A stretch of 59,451 nt of DNA, counting the filler. It is 5 parts of 5 records of this genome, joined end to end, with 100 filler letters (N's around TTAATTAATTAA, not from the genome) between each part and the next. Parts side by side here need not be neighbours in the genome. Positions count along the whole stretch, not along the records: positions 1 to 15,450 come from DRR378314_1527; 4 more parts are not named here. One strand, given 5' to 3'. The position numbers and the translations under genes were made by a program. Within the stretch, counting starts at the first letter, position 1. Every line of letters starts with the position of its first letter. The notes under the pieces were generated by a model that saw nothing but the letters and a program-made list of their open reading frames with translations, was not told the origin of the DNA and made no database searches. This document shows, piece by piece, positions 1 through 10,024 of the stretch.

Positions 1-201
1 CGGGTAGCACTTCAGCGCCATGGCCAGGGTAAAAATGAACTCGCCGATCAGCAGCCAGCCCGTGAGCCCTGGACCAAACACAACCAAGGCAATGGGGTTG
101 ATGATCAGGAACAGGAGGATGGCCTGCTTATACCAGGCCGGTGCGTTACCCAGGAAGTTGTGGGTAAAGCCGGAAAGAACGGTTGTGGGCATTGCGGACA
201 T
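1..201 (-). CDS. nhaB: Na+/H+ antiporter NhaB, 5' part (truncated at window edge)
   Basis: Minus-strand translation [36 protein letters not shown]...[18 protein letters not shown] matches the NhaB N-terminal signature ([22 protein letters not shown]). Not in the ORF track because it has no stop codon. Confidence 0.9.
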   Translation of the reverse strand, partial: MSAMPTTVLSGFTHNFLGNAPAWYKQAILLFLIINPIALVVFGPGLTGWLLIGEFIFTLAMALKCYP

Positions 202-444
202 CTTCTGAGTAAACGGTTTGTTGGTATTGTGTGGCAGAAGGCCCGCATCTTCCTTGATATTTATGTAACCGGTAATCCCCCAAAGGTACAGGGTGAGTGC
301 CTATTTGGTCTTACTTGAAACAAGGAAGAGTGGCCGGACGACCACTCAAAAGAGTTTCGTAATATTACTTAAAAATAGAGCCGAAATCGACTCTATTTTC
401 AGCACTCAGTGTTTATTCCGCCCGCAATCACTTCCCACTCATGG

Positions 445-2547
445 TCAGAACCGGTACGAAACCGAGGCCGTCACATTGCGCTCTGCGCCGAAGTAACAGA
501 ACTCCAGGCTGTTATAGCAGGAGGCCACGTATTCCTTATCCAGCAGATTGTTCACGTTGAGCCGGGTGGACACGCCCGTCAGGCCGAGCTTACCAAGGTC
601 ATACCCCAGGGCCAGGTCTACCAGGGTATAGTCCGGCACCTTCTTGGTGTTGGCGTCGTCGGCGTAGATATCCGCTATGTGACGGACGCCCAGTCCGACG
701 TTGGCACCATTGAGCACCCCGCGTGAGAACCGATAGCCCGTCCACAGGGTCAGCTGGTGTTCAGGCACCTGACTGGCCGTGTTGCCCTCCCGATAGGCCT
801 CGGATTTCTCAAAGGTGACGTCGGTGTAGGCATAGCCGGCCTGGACATTCAGGTTCTCGGTCAACTGTGCCTTGGCTTCCAGTTCCACCCCCTGGGACTC
901 AATCTCACCGATGCTGCGATAGAAGATTTCCTGGGGCAGCTTGGTGGCCAGGTTTTCCTGGTTGATGCGGAACACAGAGAGCGTATACAGGTCCGTGGTT
1001 CCCACCGGCTGGTACCTCAACCCGGTTTCGATCTGCTTGCCCTCACTGGGCGCCAGCAGGTCGCCGTTTTCATCGGTATAAGCGCTGGGCGAAAACGACG
1101 TAGAGTAGGATATGTAGGGTGCAATGCCATTGTCGAACAGGTACAGCAGCCCCGCGCGGCCACTGAACTGGGTTTCGTCCAGTTCCGTCACAGCACCACT
1201 GTCACGATTGGTGTTCTCGATGTCCACCCAGTCGTGACGACCGCCCAGGGTCAGGCGCCAGCCGCCGGCAGCCAACTGATCCTGTAGGTAGACTCCGGTC
1301 TGTTTCTGCTTACGGAGATTGCGTTGTGGCGCGTACAAGGTAGAGGGCTCGGCTCCGTACTGCGGATCAAACGCGTCAATGTTCGGGAAGGCACCTGATG
1401 GCCAGACCACATCGTTCTCACGCTGCTGATAGTCCACGCCCACCAATACGGTGTGGTCCACCGCGCCGGTGGTCAGCTCGCCCTGGATCTGGTTGTCGAC
1501 AGTCACCGCCTGAAGGTCTTCATCGCCGCCGGAGTAGTAGCGAAGGAGTTCCGTGTCCGTGGCCCATCCATAAGCGTAGACCTGCTTCAACTCAACGTCC
1601 GAATCCAGATAACGAGCCTTCTGCAGGGCTGACCAGTTGCGGTTGATGCGGTGCTCCAGGTCGTAGCCCACCAATGTCATATCGCGTCGGAACAGATCGT
1701 AGTCCGGCTCGCCTTCAAAGAAGGTGTTGTCGATTTTCTGGCCGTTACGGGACTCTACCGTGCCCTCGTAGGGCAAACCACTGTGGTACCCACCCTCCGG
1801 ATCACGCTGAAGGTAGGCCAGCAGAGTCACGCTGGTCTCGTCGGTCATGTCCCAGGTCAGTGATGGGGCAATGGCGCGACGATCCAGTTCCACGTGGTCC
1901 TGTTGCGCGTCGGCGGCGGAGGCAATGCCGGTCAGCCGATAGGCCACCCGTTGCTCGTCATCCACCGGACCCGTCACGTCGAATGCAAAGCTGCGCTGGG
2001 CATTGTTACCCAGACTGACCCGGATCTCACCGGAATCCCTGAATTCCGGCCGTTTGCTGGTCAGCGCCACAATCCCGCCGGGTGACCCCTGGCCATAGAG
2101 GACCGAGGTGGGGCCCTTAACAATCTCGATACGCTCAAGGAACCAGGGGTCGATGGCAAAGGAGCTGTAGGAACCACCGTCGTTCATCACCCGCAGGCCA
2201 TCCAGATAGGTGTTGTTGATACTGCCATCGGAAAAGCCACGGAGGATCAGGTAGTCGTACCGGTTGGATGAGCCCACCTGGTTGGAACTCACGCCCGGCG
2301 TGTAGTTGGCGGCACGCTGCACGCTACGCGCGCCTTTCTCTTCCCAGTCCTCTCGATCAATCACGGAGACCGATTGTGGGGTTTCAATCACCGGGGTATC
2401 GGTTTTCGTGGCGCTGCGGGTCGCTGTGACGGTCAACGCGTCCAGCATCTGCGGCTCACCCTGTCCCTGGGCGGCGGTCATTGGTGCGCCAGTAACGCCG
2501 GCAACGGCCATGGCAACAGCCAATGACAAACGGGTGTATCGGAACAT
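445..2547 (-). CDS. TonB-dependent siderophore receptor, FoxA/FhuA-like (hydroxamate/ferrioxamine type)
   Basis: 700 aa with signal peptide, TonB-box-like DALTVTA, plug motifs ETPQSVSV and ERIEIVKGPTSVLYG, and C-terminal CYNSLEFCYFGAERNVTASVSYRF ending in Phe. Confidence 0.9.
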   Translation of the reverse strand: MFRYTRLSLAVAMAVAGVTGAPMTAAQGQGEPQMLDALTVTATRSATKTDTPVIETPQSVSVIDREDWEEKGARSVQRAANYTPGVSSNQVGSSNRYDYLILRGFSDGSINNTYLDGLRVMNDGGSYSSFAIDPWFLERIEIVKGPTSVLYGQGSPGGIVALTSKRPEFRDSGEIRVSLGNNAQRSFAFDVTGPVDDEQRVAYRLTGIASAADAQQDHVELDRRAIAPSLTWDMTDETSVTLLAYLQRDPEGGYHSGLPYEGTVESRNGQKIDNTFFEGEPDYDLFRRDMTLVGYDLEHRINRNWSALQKARYLDSDVELKQVYAYGWATDTELLRYYSGGDEDLQAVTVDNQIQGELTTGAVDHTVLVGVDYQQRENDVVWPSGAFPNIDAFDPQYGAEPSTLYAPQRNLRKQKQTGVYLQDQLAAGGWRLTLGGRHDWVDIENTNRDSGAVTELDETQFSGRAGLLYLFDNGIAPYISYSTSFSPSAYTDENGDLLAPSEGKQIETGLRYQPVGTTDLYTLSVFRINQENLATKLPQEIFYRSIGEIESQGVELEAKAQLTENLNVQAGYAYTDVTFEKSEAYREGNTASQVPEHQLTLWTGYRFSRGVLNGANVGLGVRHIADIYADDANTKKVPDYTLVDLALGYDLGKLGLTGVSTRLNVNNLLDKEYVASCYNSLEFCYFGAERNVTASVSYRF

Positions 2548-2569
2548 GAAAACCTCACTTGGATCTAAC

Positions 2570-2593
2570 GATAATTTAATGCGAATTATTATC
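2570..2593 (-). promoter_or_regulatory. Fur box upstream of the siderophore receptor
   Basis: Minus strand GATAATAATTCGCATTAAA matches GATAATGATAATCATTATC at 13/19 and lies ~25 nt upstream of the ATG. Confidence 0.65.
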
Positions 2594-2658
2594 TTTTAGA
2601 TCCAGGGTTAGATATTCAAGATGACAGATTTTGTATGCGAAATGACAAACCCGGCTAT

Positions 2659-3621
2659 TCAGAGGACATGTTTGGGGGAAACGCCGAAGTGGCGTCGGAA
2701 GGCGGTGGCGAAATTGGTGGCGTGACGATAACCCGACCGATGCGCCGCCTGCTGAACGGAGTAACCCTGCTCCAGGTAATGCCAGGCGAGATTCAGCCGG
2801 CACTTGCGCAGATACCCGAATACAGACAACCCGTAGGTTGCCCGAAACTTACTGCGCAAGCCGCTGGGGCTCATGGCCGCACGGCTGGCGAGCTCCGCCA
2901 GGGAGTAATCTTCCGTCGGGGCGAACTCCAGCAGTTGGCGAACCACTTCCAGTCGCTGGTGCTCCTGGGAGGATGCGCGACTTTGACGCCCAACCGCTTG
3001 CACCTGCTCGGGAAGGCCATAACCCACCAACTGTAAGGCCAGGCCTTCCAATACCAGGGTTTTCTGGAGTTCCGGCAGATGGGTGACAAGGGATTGTTCG
3101 ATGGCCGCTCTGAGTGACAACGGAACGTCCCACAGCACCACGGGATCCTGCACGCCCCTGAGCAGGGTTCGCAACGAGCCCTGTTCCCTCTGTGCAGGCA
3201 CCGGGGCGCCGGGATCAAAAGCCAACACAACGGTTTCCAACCGCTGGCCGGCGGGTTGATAGGCCTCCAGCGCATATTCCGGCCGCAGTTGCAGGCAGGC
3301 CGCCATGCCGCTGACCAGCTCTCGCTGGATAGCGCCAATGGACAGCCGAACACGCCCTTCAAGCACAATCACCATCAGCAGGGGCGCATGCCCCAGCGAG
3401 ATGGATTCGTAGCTGTGAAAAATCGTGAGATCGGAATGGGTGAAGCGAAACCCGGACGGCAGGAGGGTTTCATCGATCCGCCCCCGGGCGATGGTGGCAT
3501 CGCCGGCGGGAGCTTCATGACCATCAATATCAGGAAAGCGGTAGTCAATCCCGTACTCGCGGCCAAAGGCCAGGAAATCCTGCCTGCCGAACGGGGTTGC
3601 TTCGGCACCCTCGCCAAACAC
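2659..3621 (-). CDS. AraC-family regulator, PchR/FoxR-like
   Basis: C-terminal double HTH (SLAELASRAAMSPSGLRSKFRATYG...GYRHATNFATAFRRHFGVSPK). Lies directly upstream of the siderophore receptor. GTG start overlaps the dadA stop. Confidence 0.85.
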   Translation of the reverse strand: MFGEGAEATPFGRQDFLAFGREYGIDYRFPDIDGHEAPAGDATIARGRIDETLLPSGFRFTHSDLTIFHSYESISLGHAPLLMVIVLEGRVRLSIGAIQRELVSGMAACLQLRPEYALEAYQPAGQRLETVVLAFDPGAPVPAQREQGSLRTLLRGVQDPVVLWDVPLSLRAAIEQSLVTHLPELQKTLVLEGLALQLVGYGLPEQVQAVGRQSRASSQEHQRLEVVRQLLEFAPTEDYSLAELASRAAMSPSGLRSKFRATYGLSVFGYLRKCRLNLAWHYLEQGYSVQQAAHRSGYRHATNFATAFRRHFGVSPKHVL

Positions 3622-4865
3622 TAGCCGGCGGTACTCGCTGTCGTGCTCGACGACGCCGCATCAACCGCTTCCGCCACCAACTCAGCCGTGATCGCGGACA
3701 GGGTCCAGCCCAGGTGACCATGCCCGGTGTTATAGAACACCGTGGGCAAACGGCCCGGACCAACACGAGGCATCATGTTGGGCAGCATCGGGCGCAGTCC
3801 CGCCCAGGGCACAACACGCCGGGTACAGACTCCCGGGAAACACTGCTCAACCCAACGGGTGAGCGGTCGGATGCGATCATCCCGGATGTCGCGGTTGTAG
3901 CCACTGAATTCGGCCGTGCCCGCAACGCGGAAACGGTCATCCCCCAGCCGGCTGGTGACAATCTTGGTGGCGTCATCCAGCAAACTGACGGTTGGTGCCG
4001 CTTCCTGGGAGGCCTGGTCATCCAGCTCTACCGTGATGGAATACCCTTTCACCGGGTAAATATTGACCCGGTCACCCAGCTTGGCGGCCAGTTCCCGGCT
4101 ACCCACGCCGGCGCAGATGACCACACCGTCAAAGGTGTCACGGGTTTGCTCTTCCCCATCAAACGATGTCACCCAGGCATGAGACTGGTCCGCACTCAGT
4201 TCGGTCACGGAATGCTCGTAGCAGGTTTTGACACCAAGGCGAAGAATGGCCTCCGCCAGGCCATTGGTGAACTTATGGATATCACCGGTTGAATCGCTTT
4301 CGGTATAGAAACCGCCGTAATAGGTGCCGGCCAACGTGGGCTCGATGGCGCGCATTTCATCAGGGGTGACCGCCCGACGCTCCAGGCCTCCGGCGGCCAG
4401 TAATCTGGAAACATTTGCCGCATGGTCAAATCCGGCCTTGTCCCGGTATATATGGAGGATACCCTGCTTCTTCAGGTCGAAGTCGATACCCTCTTCCTGC
4501 GCCCAGGCAAACAGGTAGTCGCGGGCGGCAATCGCAAGGCGGGCGGTTTCGGTGGTGTTTTTCTCGTACTGGGGGATGGCCGCGATGAACTCGGCAAACC
4601 AGCTGAGTTTGTGCCAGGAAGGCTTGGGGTTAACCAATAGCGGCGCATCCCTGCGGGACATCCACTTAAGGCCCTTGATGATAGTCTGCCAGTTGTTCCA
4701 GACCTCGGCATTGGACGCCGATAACTGGCCACCGTTGGCAAAGGAAGTTTCCATCGCCGCGTAGCGGTGCTTTTCGTATACCGTGACATCCAGGCCACGC
4801 TTGGCCAGGGTGTACGCGGTGGTGATACCGGTAATGCCGCCGCCGATAACTGCAATTCGCTTCAT
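3621..4865 (-). CDS. dadA: D-amino acid dehydrogenase (FAD-dependent, DadA family)
   Basis: True start MKRIAVIGGGITG at 4865 with GGAGAG RBS. Carries ETSFANGGQLS, PVKGYSIT, WAGLRP and NTGHGHLGWTLS motifs. Confidence 0.88.
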   Translation of the reverse strand: MKRIAVIGGGITGITTAYTLAKRGLDVTVYEKHRYAAMETSFANGGQLSASNAEVWNNWQTIIKGLKWMSRRDAPLLVNPKPSWHKLSWFAEFIAAIPQYEKNTTETARLAIAARDYLFAWAQEEGIDFDLKKQGILHIYRDKAGFDHAANVSRLLAAGGLERRAVTPDEMRAIEPTLAGTYYGGFYTESDSTGDIHKFTNGLAEAILRLGVKTCYEHSVTELSADQSHAWVTSFDGEEQTRDTFDGVVICAGVGSRELAAKLGDRVNIYPVKGYSITVELDDQASQEAAPTVSLLDDATKIVTSRLGDDRFRVAGTAEFSGYNRDIRDDRIRPLTRWVEQCFPGVCTRRVVPWAGLRPMLPNMMPRVGPGRLPTVFYNTGHGHLGWTLSAITAELVAEAVDAASSSTTASTAG

Positions 4866-4932
4866 AATACTCTCCAGGGGCGCCCAGGGTTTCCTTTCTC
4901 CACAACAGGTCGACACCGCATGGTAGAAAGCA

Positions 4933-5137
4933 CCCCTTCCGTCTCTGGACCTGAGAGATTCACGCGCCGCTTCAACGGAACCGGCCGCTTGCTCCTTCGG
5001 TGTGCCGACGGACGCAGTCGCCGGCAACTCTTCGGAAAGTTTTCACGTCAGCGGTCCTTTTGCCTGAGAGTTTCCGGGGCAGTTGCTCCTTCGGCGCCGG
5101 GTGCACGATTGCGTGGCCCGGTCTCTCCCGCTGACAT
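4933..5137 (-). ncRNA. Tandem glycine riboswitch
   Basis: Two aptamers: GGGAGAGACC...GGCGCCGAAGGAGCAA...GGAAACTCTCAGGCAAAAGGAC and GAAGAG...CACCGAAGGAGCAA...AATCTCTCAGGTCCAGAGAC. Both sit in the 5' leader of dadA. Confidence 0.92.
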
Positions 5138-5240
5138 GTCTGGTTTGTTGTCTAAACCAATCTGCTTCGCACAATAGCAAATAAAGCCATTTTGCGACAC
5201 TGGCCCTGGTGATACTCGTGAATCATCTGGTTTTAATTCT

Positions 5241-5894
5241 TCAACGGGTGAACCCGGCGCCGACAAGGAGTTCCCACTTTACCCACTGCTCCTCGGTGAG
5301 GAACTGGCGGGCGTCATTCATGGCCGATTGTTGGATCGCTCGCGCCCGGGTGCTCTTTTCCGAGCGTTCCAGGTCCGGGGATTGATGCAGGCTGGACAGC
5401 TTGCCGCCCGCCTCGTTGCCAATATCCCGCAACATGTCCACCTGCGATGGATCGAGATCCAGCTGCTTCACTGTAGCCGGGCGGACCAGGGCGCGGATTC
5501 CGAAGGTCTGGATTTCAATTTGTTTCAGCCGCTCGAGCTGGGCGTCGCTGAGCACGTCCTCCAAGGCCTTGAAGGTCTCTCTGTTCACCGATACGAATAC
5601 TCTCGCCACCAAGGGCACCCGCTCTGCCTTGGTCGCTGGTGCCAGCGCACGCTCGAAATCTGCGCGATGGACCTCAACCACGCCATTGGACAGTGACTGG
5701 GCCGTTTTGGCCTCTTCAACGGACAGCCCCAGATGCTGGACAACCGCTGGGTCGTGCAACAGCCGGTTGAGGTGTCCGCGGTTGCCATCCGGACCCGGCG
5801 GGGCAGACATGACCCCAAAGGAGCACAGCAATGCCACCATGAGGAGGACCGGCTTGCCGGCGTGAAGCGCTTTACGGAAGGAAAAAGTGATCAT
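5241..5894 (-). CDS. Exported helical protein with Spy/CpxP-like LTxxQ repeats
   Basis: Hydrophobic N-terminal signal, then repeated LGLSVEE, LSDAQ, LDLDPSQ and LTEEQ segments. Immediately downstream of the signalling TonB receptor. Confidence 0.6.
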   Translation of the reverse strand: MITFSFRKALHAGKPVLLMVALLCSFGVMSAPPGPDGNRGHLNRLLHDPAVVQHLGLSVEEAKTAQSLSNGVVEVHRADFERALAPATKAERVPLVARVFVSVNRETFKALEDVLSDAQLERLKQIEIQTFGIRALVRPATVKQLDLDPSQVDMLRDIGNEAGGKLSSLHQSPDLERSEKSTRARAIQQSAMNDARQFLTEEQWVKWELLVGAGFTR

Positions 5895-5955
5895 GGGTGT
5901 ATCTCGCCTATATCAGTGTCAAAAAACGTTCAGTTAGTGGTCAATAATCCGGGGG

Positions 5956-8358
5956 CTAGAGAGTGAGATTGGCCGTAAGGAAGACGGATCTTGGCAAACC
6001 CTGGTTGGCGAAAACGCCGCTGGACCCCGAGACATACTCCTCGTCAAGCAGGTTTTCCACCGCCAGCCGGAGTTTCAGCCGACCTCTCTGCCAGCCCAGG
6101 CTTGCATCCGTGCGAGTGTAGTCGCGAAGGTCGAAGGAATTTTCATCATCACCGGCCCTATCTGCGGCGTGGACCACGCCAAGGCCGATGTCCCAAAGCC
6201 CAAGGTCGGTGGGCAAACGGTAGTTGAGCATGCCCGCGATCTTATGACGGGGAACATTCGCGGGCCGATTACCCTCATACAGCGTGGATGTGGTGTATTC
6301 CGCATCCAGGTAGCTGTAACCACCGGTCGCGCTGAGGTATTCCGTCAGTTGGCCAACGGCCTCCAACTCGAAACCGCGCACCTTCTGGTCGCCCGTCACA
6401 ATGGAGAGTGAACGGTCATTGGGGTCTGATTCCACCTGATTGCTCTGCTCGATCCGAAAGACGGACAGCGTCGTTGTCAGGTTGTCGTCCAGCCATTCAC
6501 TCTTGAGGCCAGCCTCAAGCTGCTCACCTTCCGAAAACGGCACAGGCTCACCCGACACCAGAGTGCCCACCTGAGGTGTCAGGGAAGTGGAATAACCCAG
6601 GAATGGATTGAACCAGGCGTTGTGGTTGAAAATCGCCCCCAGGGAATAGTCGATAGCCTCATCGTTGCCACCGCCGTCGTTGAACTCCGTCTCGACATCG
6701 CTGTATCTCAAGCCCCCGAAAATACTCAGTTTTTTCCCAACTTTCGCATAGTTCTGAACGTAGGTACCCCGCTCTTCGATGGTCCACTCGATGGTTCGGT
6801 TGTAGGGGCCTAGGTCTGGCACCGGTGAAAAGACCGGGTCCTGAGGATCAATCGACCCCCTCTGGCTTGTCTGGACCCTTTTGGTGTCGTAGCCCTCGTG
6901 ACGGGTGGTAAAACCGATCGTCGCGGTATTCTCGACAATGCCAACCCGATGGGTACCCTCGAATTCCAGTCGACCCTCTTTGTGGTCGAAGTCGGTCTCA
7001 AATTTGATGATGTCCCGGTCGATCAGTGCGCCCTTGTCCGGGTTTGTCCGGGTATTCGCCGTGTCCCATAGGGCTTCGATGTTGCTGTTGCCGTAGCTCG
7101 CCGCGAGTGTCGTAGACCAATGATCCGATATGGGATGTTCGATGCTGCCGGTGACAATGTGGTTGGCCTGTTCCGAATAGCTCTGGTCACTGACCAGGGA
7201 CGGGCCGTTGAGGCCGAATGAGCCGTCACTGAAGCGTATGATCCCCGGGTCCGCGATGTTCTCCTGCTCGCTGTATTCATAGGCGAGCGTCATGCGCGTC
7301 CCCGTGTCGGAGTACCAGGCAATCTGCGGTTTGAAGATCAATCGGTCGTCGTAACTGTTGGAATGGTTCTCGCCGGTGAAAGTCTGATTGGCCTCCTGCA
7401 CCGTTGTAATCAAACGGTAGGCCACGCCGGCATCACGGATAGGCCCTGTGGCATCCACGGTGCCCCGGCGGGTATCAAAGCTGCCGACCGTGACCCCCAG
7501 TTCCTGGCTGGCTTCAAGCTCCGGCTGTTTTGACCGGTAACTGACGATGCCGCCGGGTGACGCGGTACCGTACAAAAGCGATGAGGTGCCCTTGAGCACT
7601 TCGACGCGATCATAGAGAGACCGGTCGTAATGGTAGCGGCGTGCGGCAGGCCGATTCCCATCGATGTAGACGGAGTTGGCCCTGGAACCAAGGCTGCCTC
7701 CCCGTGTCGTCGACGATTGGAACCCCCGAATCGTGAAGGTGTTTGTCAGTGCACCTCCGGAGGCGCCGGGCGAGGCCCCCGGCACATACTGGAGAATGTC
7801 ATCAAGCCGCCGCACGTTGAGTCTCTCAAGCATTTCGGAAGACACAACGTTCACGGTTGCCGGTGTTTCGATAAGCGGTGCACTAATATTTGTTGCTGAA
7901 CTGGAACGCTCTGCGCGAAAGCCCTGCATGGAACCTACAGGAGTATAACTGTCTCCCTCGACGATCAACGGCGAAAGAGTTCGCATGCCTGTGTGCTCAA
8001 GAACGTAATCGCCATCCCCTTGTCGCCTGGCGACTGTATCTGTTCCCTGCAACAAAGCAGCAAAACCTTCATCCACCGTGTACTGCCCCTTCAGACCCTC
8101 CGACTGAATTTTATTGAATTCCGACGCATCAAACGAAATGGCCACACCTGCGGCCCCCGCAAACTGGCTGAGCACCTGGCTCAGCGGGCCGGCAGGAATA
8201 TCGAAGGTTTGCGCCTCTGCACTGTCGGTTTGCACAGAATTGTTCGCTTGCTGTGCATAAGCCGTGGAGGAAAGAGCCAGACCGCAGGCGGCAATCAGTG
8301 TGGAAAGACCAACCGCCAGGGCCAGTAGGTGAGGCCGGAAAAACAAGGTAGGGCGCAT
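5956..8358 (-). CDS. TonB-dependent receptor/transducer with N-terminal STN signalling domain
   Basis: 800 aa with signal peptide, STN (FDIPAGPLSQVLSQFAGAAG...SEGLKGQYTVDEGFAALLQGT), plug (DRVEVLKGTSSLLYG) and C-terminal barrel end (ENLLDEEY...PRSVFLTANLTL). Confidence 0.9.
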   Translation of the reverse strand: MRPTLFFRPHLLALAVGLSTLIAACGLALSSTAYAQQANNSVQTDSAEAQTFDIPAGPLSQVLSQFAGAAGVAISFDASEFNKIQSEGLKGQYTVDEGFAALLQGTDTVARRQGDGDYVLEHTGMRTLSPLIVEGDSYTPVGSMQGFRAERSSSATNISAPLIETPATVNVVSSEMLERLNVRRLDDILQYVPGASPGASGGALTNTFTIRGFQSSTTRGGSLGSRANSVYIDGNRPAARRYHYDRSLYDRVEVLKGTSSLLYGTASPGGIVSYRSKQPELEASQELGVTVGSFDTRRGTVDATGPIRDAGVAYRLITTVQEANQTFTGENHSNSYDDRLIFKPQIAWYSDTGTRMTLAYEYSEQENIADPGIIRFSDGSFGLNGPSLVSDQSYSEQANHIVTGSIEHPISDHWSTTLAASYGNSNIEALWDTANTRTNPDKGALIDRDIIKFETDFDHKEGRLEFEGTHRVGIVENTATIGFTTRHEGYDTKRVQTSQRGSIDPQDPVFSPVPDLGPYNRTIEWTIEERGTYVQNYAKVGKKLSIFGGLRYSDVETEFNDGGGNDEAIDYSLGAIFNHNAWFNPFLGYSTSLTPQVGTLVSGEPVPFSEGEQLEAGLKSEWLDDNLTTTLSVFRIEQSNQVESDPNDRSLSIVTGDQKVRGFELEAVGQLTEYLSATGGYSYLDAEYTTSTLYEGNRPANVPRHKIAGMLNYRLPTDLGLWDIGLGVVHAADRAGDDENSFDLRDYTRTDASLGWQRGRLKLRLAVENLLDEEYVSGSSGVFANQGLPRSVFLTANLTL

Positions 8359-8370
8359 GGTGACTCCTGG

Positions 8371-8422
8371 TTAAATGATTCGCATTTATCCAGTGGCCGA
8401 ACAGGCAAGCTGAAAAGTGCAA
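8371..8422 (-). promoter_or_regulatory. Putative iron-starvation ECF promoter plus Fur-like box for the transducer
   Basis: Minus strand TGCACTTTT...GTTCGGC (possible ECF -35/-10), followed by GATAAATGCGAATCATTTAA (Fur-like) just before the AGGAG RBS. Confidence 0.45.
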
Positions 8423-8473
8423 CTTCAAGCAAAATTCTTTGAATTTTTAGGCACTGACTTGTCAACGGCTAAT

Positions 8474-9475
8474 TCAACCGCCCGTCAATCGTACCCAGTA
8501 GCGAGTCAACCGAACTTCTTTTACCGGAAACGCCCGGGTAATGGCCGCCAGAGCGCGGTCGGTATCATCAATAGGAAAGGCGCCGGAAATTTTGAGTTGG
8601 GCGATGTCATCGTTGCAGGTGAGTAAGCCTTTGCGATAACGGCTCAGTTCCGCCAGCAACTCCCGCAAGGGCATATCCACTACCATCAGGCTGCCATGAA
8701 GCCAGCTCCCGGCGCTGGGATCGGCTGCACTGACGTTACCGAGATTGTCGGCCCAGAACCGCTGCCGCTGTCCTTTCTCCAGGCGTTGCGCAGGGCCTCC
8801 CGAGGCTGGCCGAACATTCACGGCCTTGTCCTGAACGGTTACCTCGGTGTGGTTGGAGGTGGTATGCACGATAAAACGGGTGCCCAGCGCCTCAATCCGG
8901 CCGTGAGGGGTATGCACCAAAAAAGGCCGTGCCGGATCTAGCTGGTCTGCTGCCGTTTCAATCAGGATTTCACCAGAGTGAAGTTTGATGCGGCGTTCCG
9001 CCTGGCCATAGCGCACATCCACCTGGGTGGCGGTATTCAACACCAGCGTGCCGCCATCCGGCAGGGTCAGGGTCTGGCGCTCGCCGGTAGCGGTGGTGTA
9101 CTGGGCCTGCTGCCACAGCCAGGGCTGGGCCTTCCAGGCCGCCAAACCGACGGGGGCGGCCACCACCACAACTCCAAGCCGTCGCAGGAGGTCCCGGCGG
9201 GAAAGTGACGCCCCCCGCAGAGCCGGCAAGGCGAGGTCTTTGGGAACGGTCTCAAAACCCGTCTGGACTTGCTCAACCTGATCCCAGGCAAGTTGGTGCA
9301 ACCTGTTCTGCTGAAGCCACGCTTGCCATTGTTCTCTGTCTGCGTCGGTAGCGTCTGGCGAGTGCAGATGGGCGTACCAGCGGGAGGCAGCTCGAATTGC
9401 CTGTTTCAACGCCTGCCGGTCTGCGCCCGAATCACTAACGGTTGTTACATTTCTGCTTGATGAAATATGACTCAT
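8474..9475 (-). CDS. FecR-family anti-sigma / transmembrane sensor
   Basis: AASRWY...WQAWL...HQLAWDQVE N-domain, SRRDLL plus TM segment, TATGERQTLTLPDGGTLVLNTAT, IEALGTRF and LKISGAFP. ATG at 9475 overlaps the sigma-factor stop (ATGA). Confidence 0.9.
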   Translation of the reverse strand: MSHISSSRNVTTVSDSGADRQALKQAIRAASRWYAHLHSPDATDADREQWQAWLQQNRLHQLAWDQVEQVQTGFETVPKDLALPALRGASLSRRDLLRRLGVVVVAAPVGLAAWKAQPWLWQQAQYTTATGERQTLTLPDGGTLVLNTATQVDVRYGQAERRIKLHSGEILIETAADQLDPARPFLVHTPHGRIEALGTRFIVHTTSNHTEVTVQDKAVNVRPASGGPAQRLEKGQRQRFWADNLGNVSAADPSAGSWLHGSLMVVDMPLRELLAELSRYRKGLLTCNDDIAQLKISGAFPIDDTDRALAAITRAFPVKEVRLTRYWVRLTGG

Positions 9476-10014
9476 AACCCCTGTTCCAGGCGGTACAGGC
9501 AACAGTGTTCCATGGCTTTTGCCATGTCATTTTTCACGGTGCGAAGTGATATGCCGAGCATGTCGGCAATCTGCTGGTAGTTTTTACCTTCCAGCAGGGA
9601 CAGGAAAAACGCCTCCCGAAGACGTGCACCCAGCCCGGCCAGCATCGCATCCAATTCCATCAAGGTTTCCAGAGTTACCGCGCGTTCTTCTTCAGAGGGC
9701 CATTGCTGTTCTGGCACCGAGGCGAGCGCTTCCAGGTACTGCCGTTCCAGGCTGCGCCGCCGGAATAGATCCACGGTCAAGCCTTTGGCAACCGTTACCA
9801 GAAATTTCCGGGGCTCTCGTAGGCCGTTCTGCAGGCGCGGTGAACGTATCACCCGAACGAATGTGTCCTGAGCAAGATCCTCGGCGTCGGTCAGATCACC
9901 CAGCCTGCCCCGAAGCCAACGCTCCAGCCAGCTGTGATGGTCCCGATACAGTCGGTCGAAGTCGTCAGTTGCGGTCAGCGTCATATCCGGCACGTTACAA
10001 CCTTGCGCCTGCAC
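9472..10014 (-). CDS. FecI-like ECF sigma factor (start may be ATG 9984)
   Basis: LYRDHHSWLERWLRGRLG..DAEDLAQDTFVRV (region 2) and FFLSLLEGKNYQQIADMLGISLRTVK (region 4). Confidence 0.92.
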   Translation of the reverse strand: MQAQGCNVPDMTLTATDDFDRLYRDHHSWLERWLRGRLGDLTDAEDLAQDTFVRVIRSPRLQNGLREPRKFLVTVAKGLTVDLFRRRSLERQYLEALASVPEQQWPSEEERAVTLETLMELDAMLAGLGARLREAFFLSLLEGKNYQQIADMLGISLRTVKNDMAKAMEHCCLYRLEQGL

Positions 10015-10024
10015 TCAGCGCACT

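Noticed and set aside
4866-5027. 54-aa N-terminal extension of DadA in the ORF track
   Set aside because: It overlaps the glycine riboswitch. The FAD-binding GxGxxG start with RBS is at 4865.
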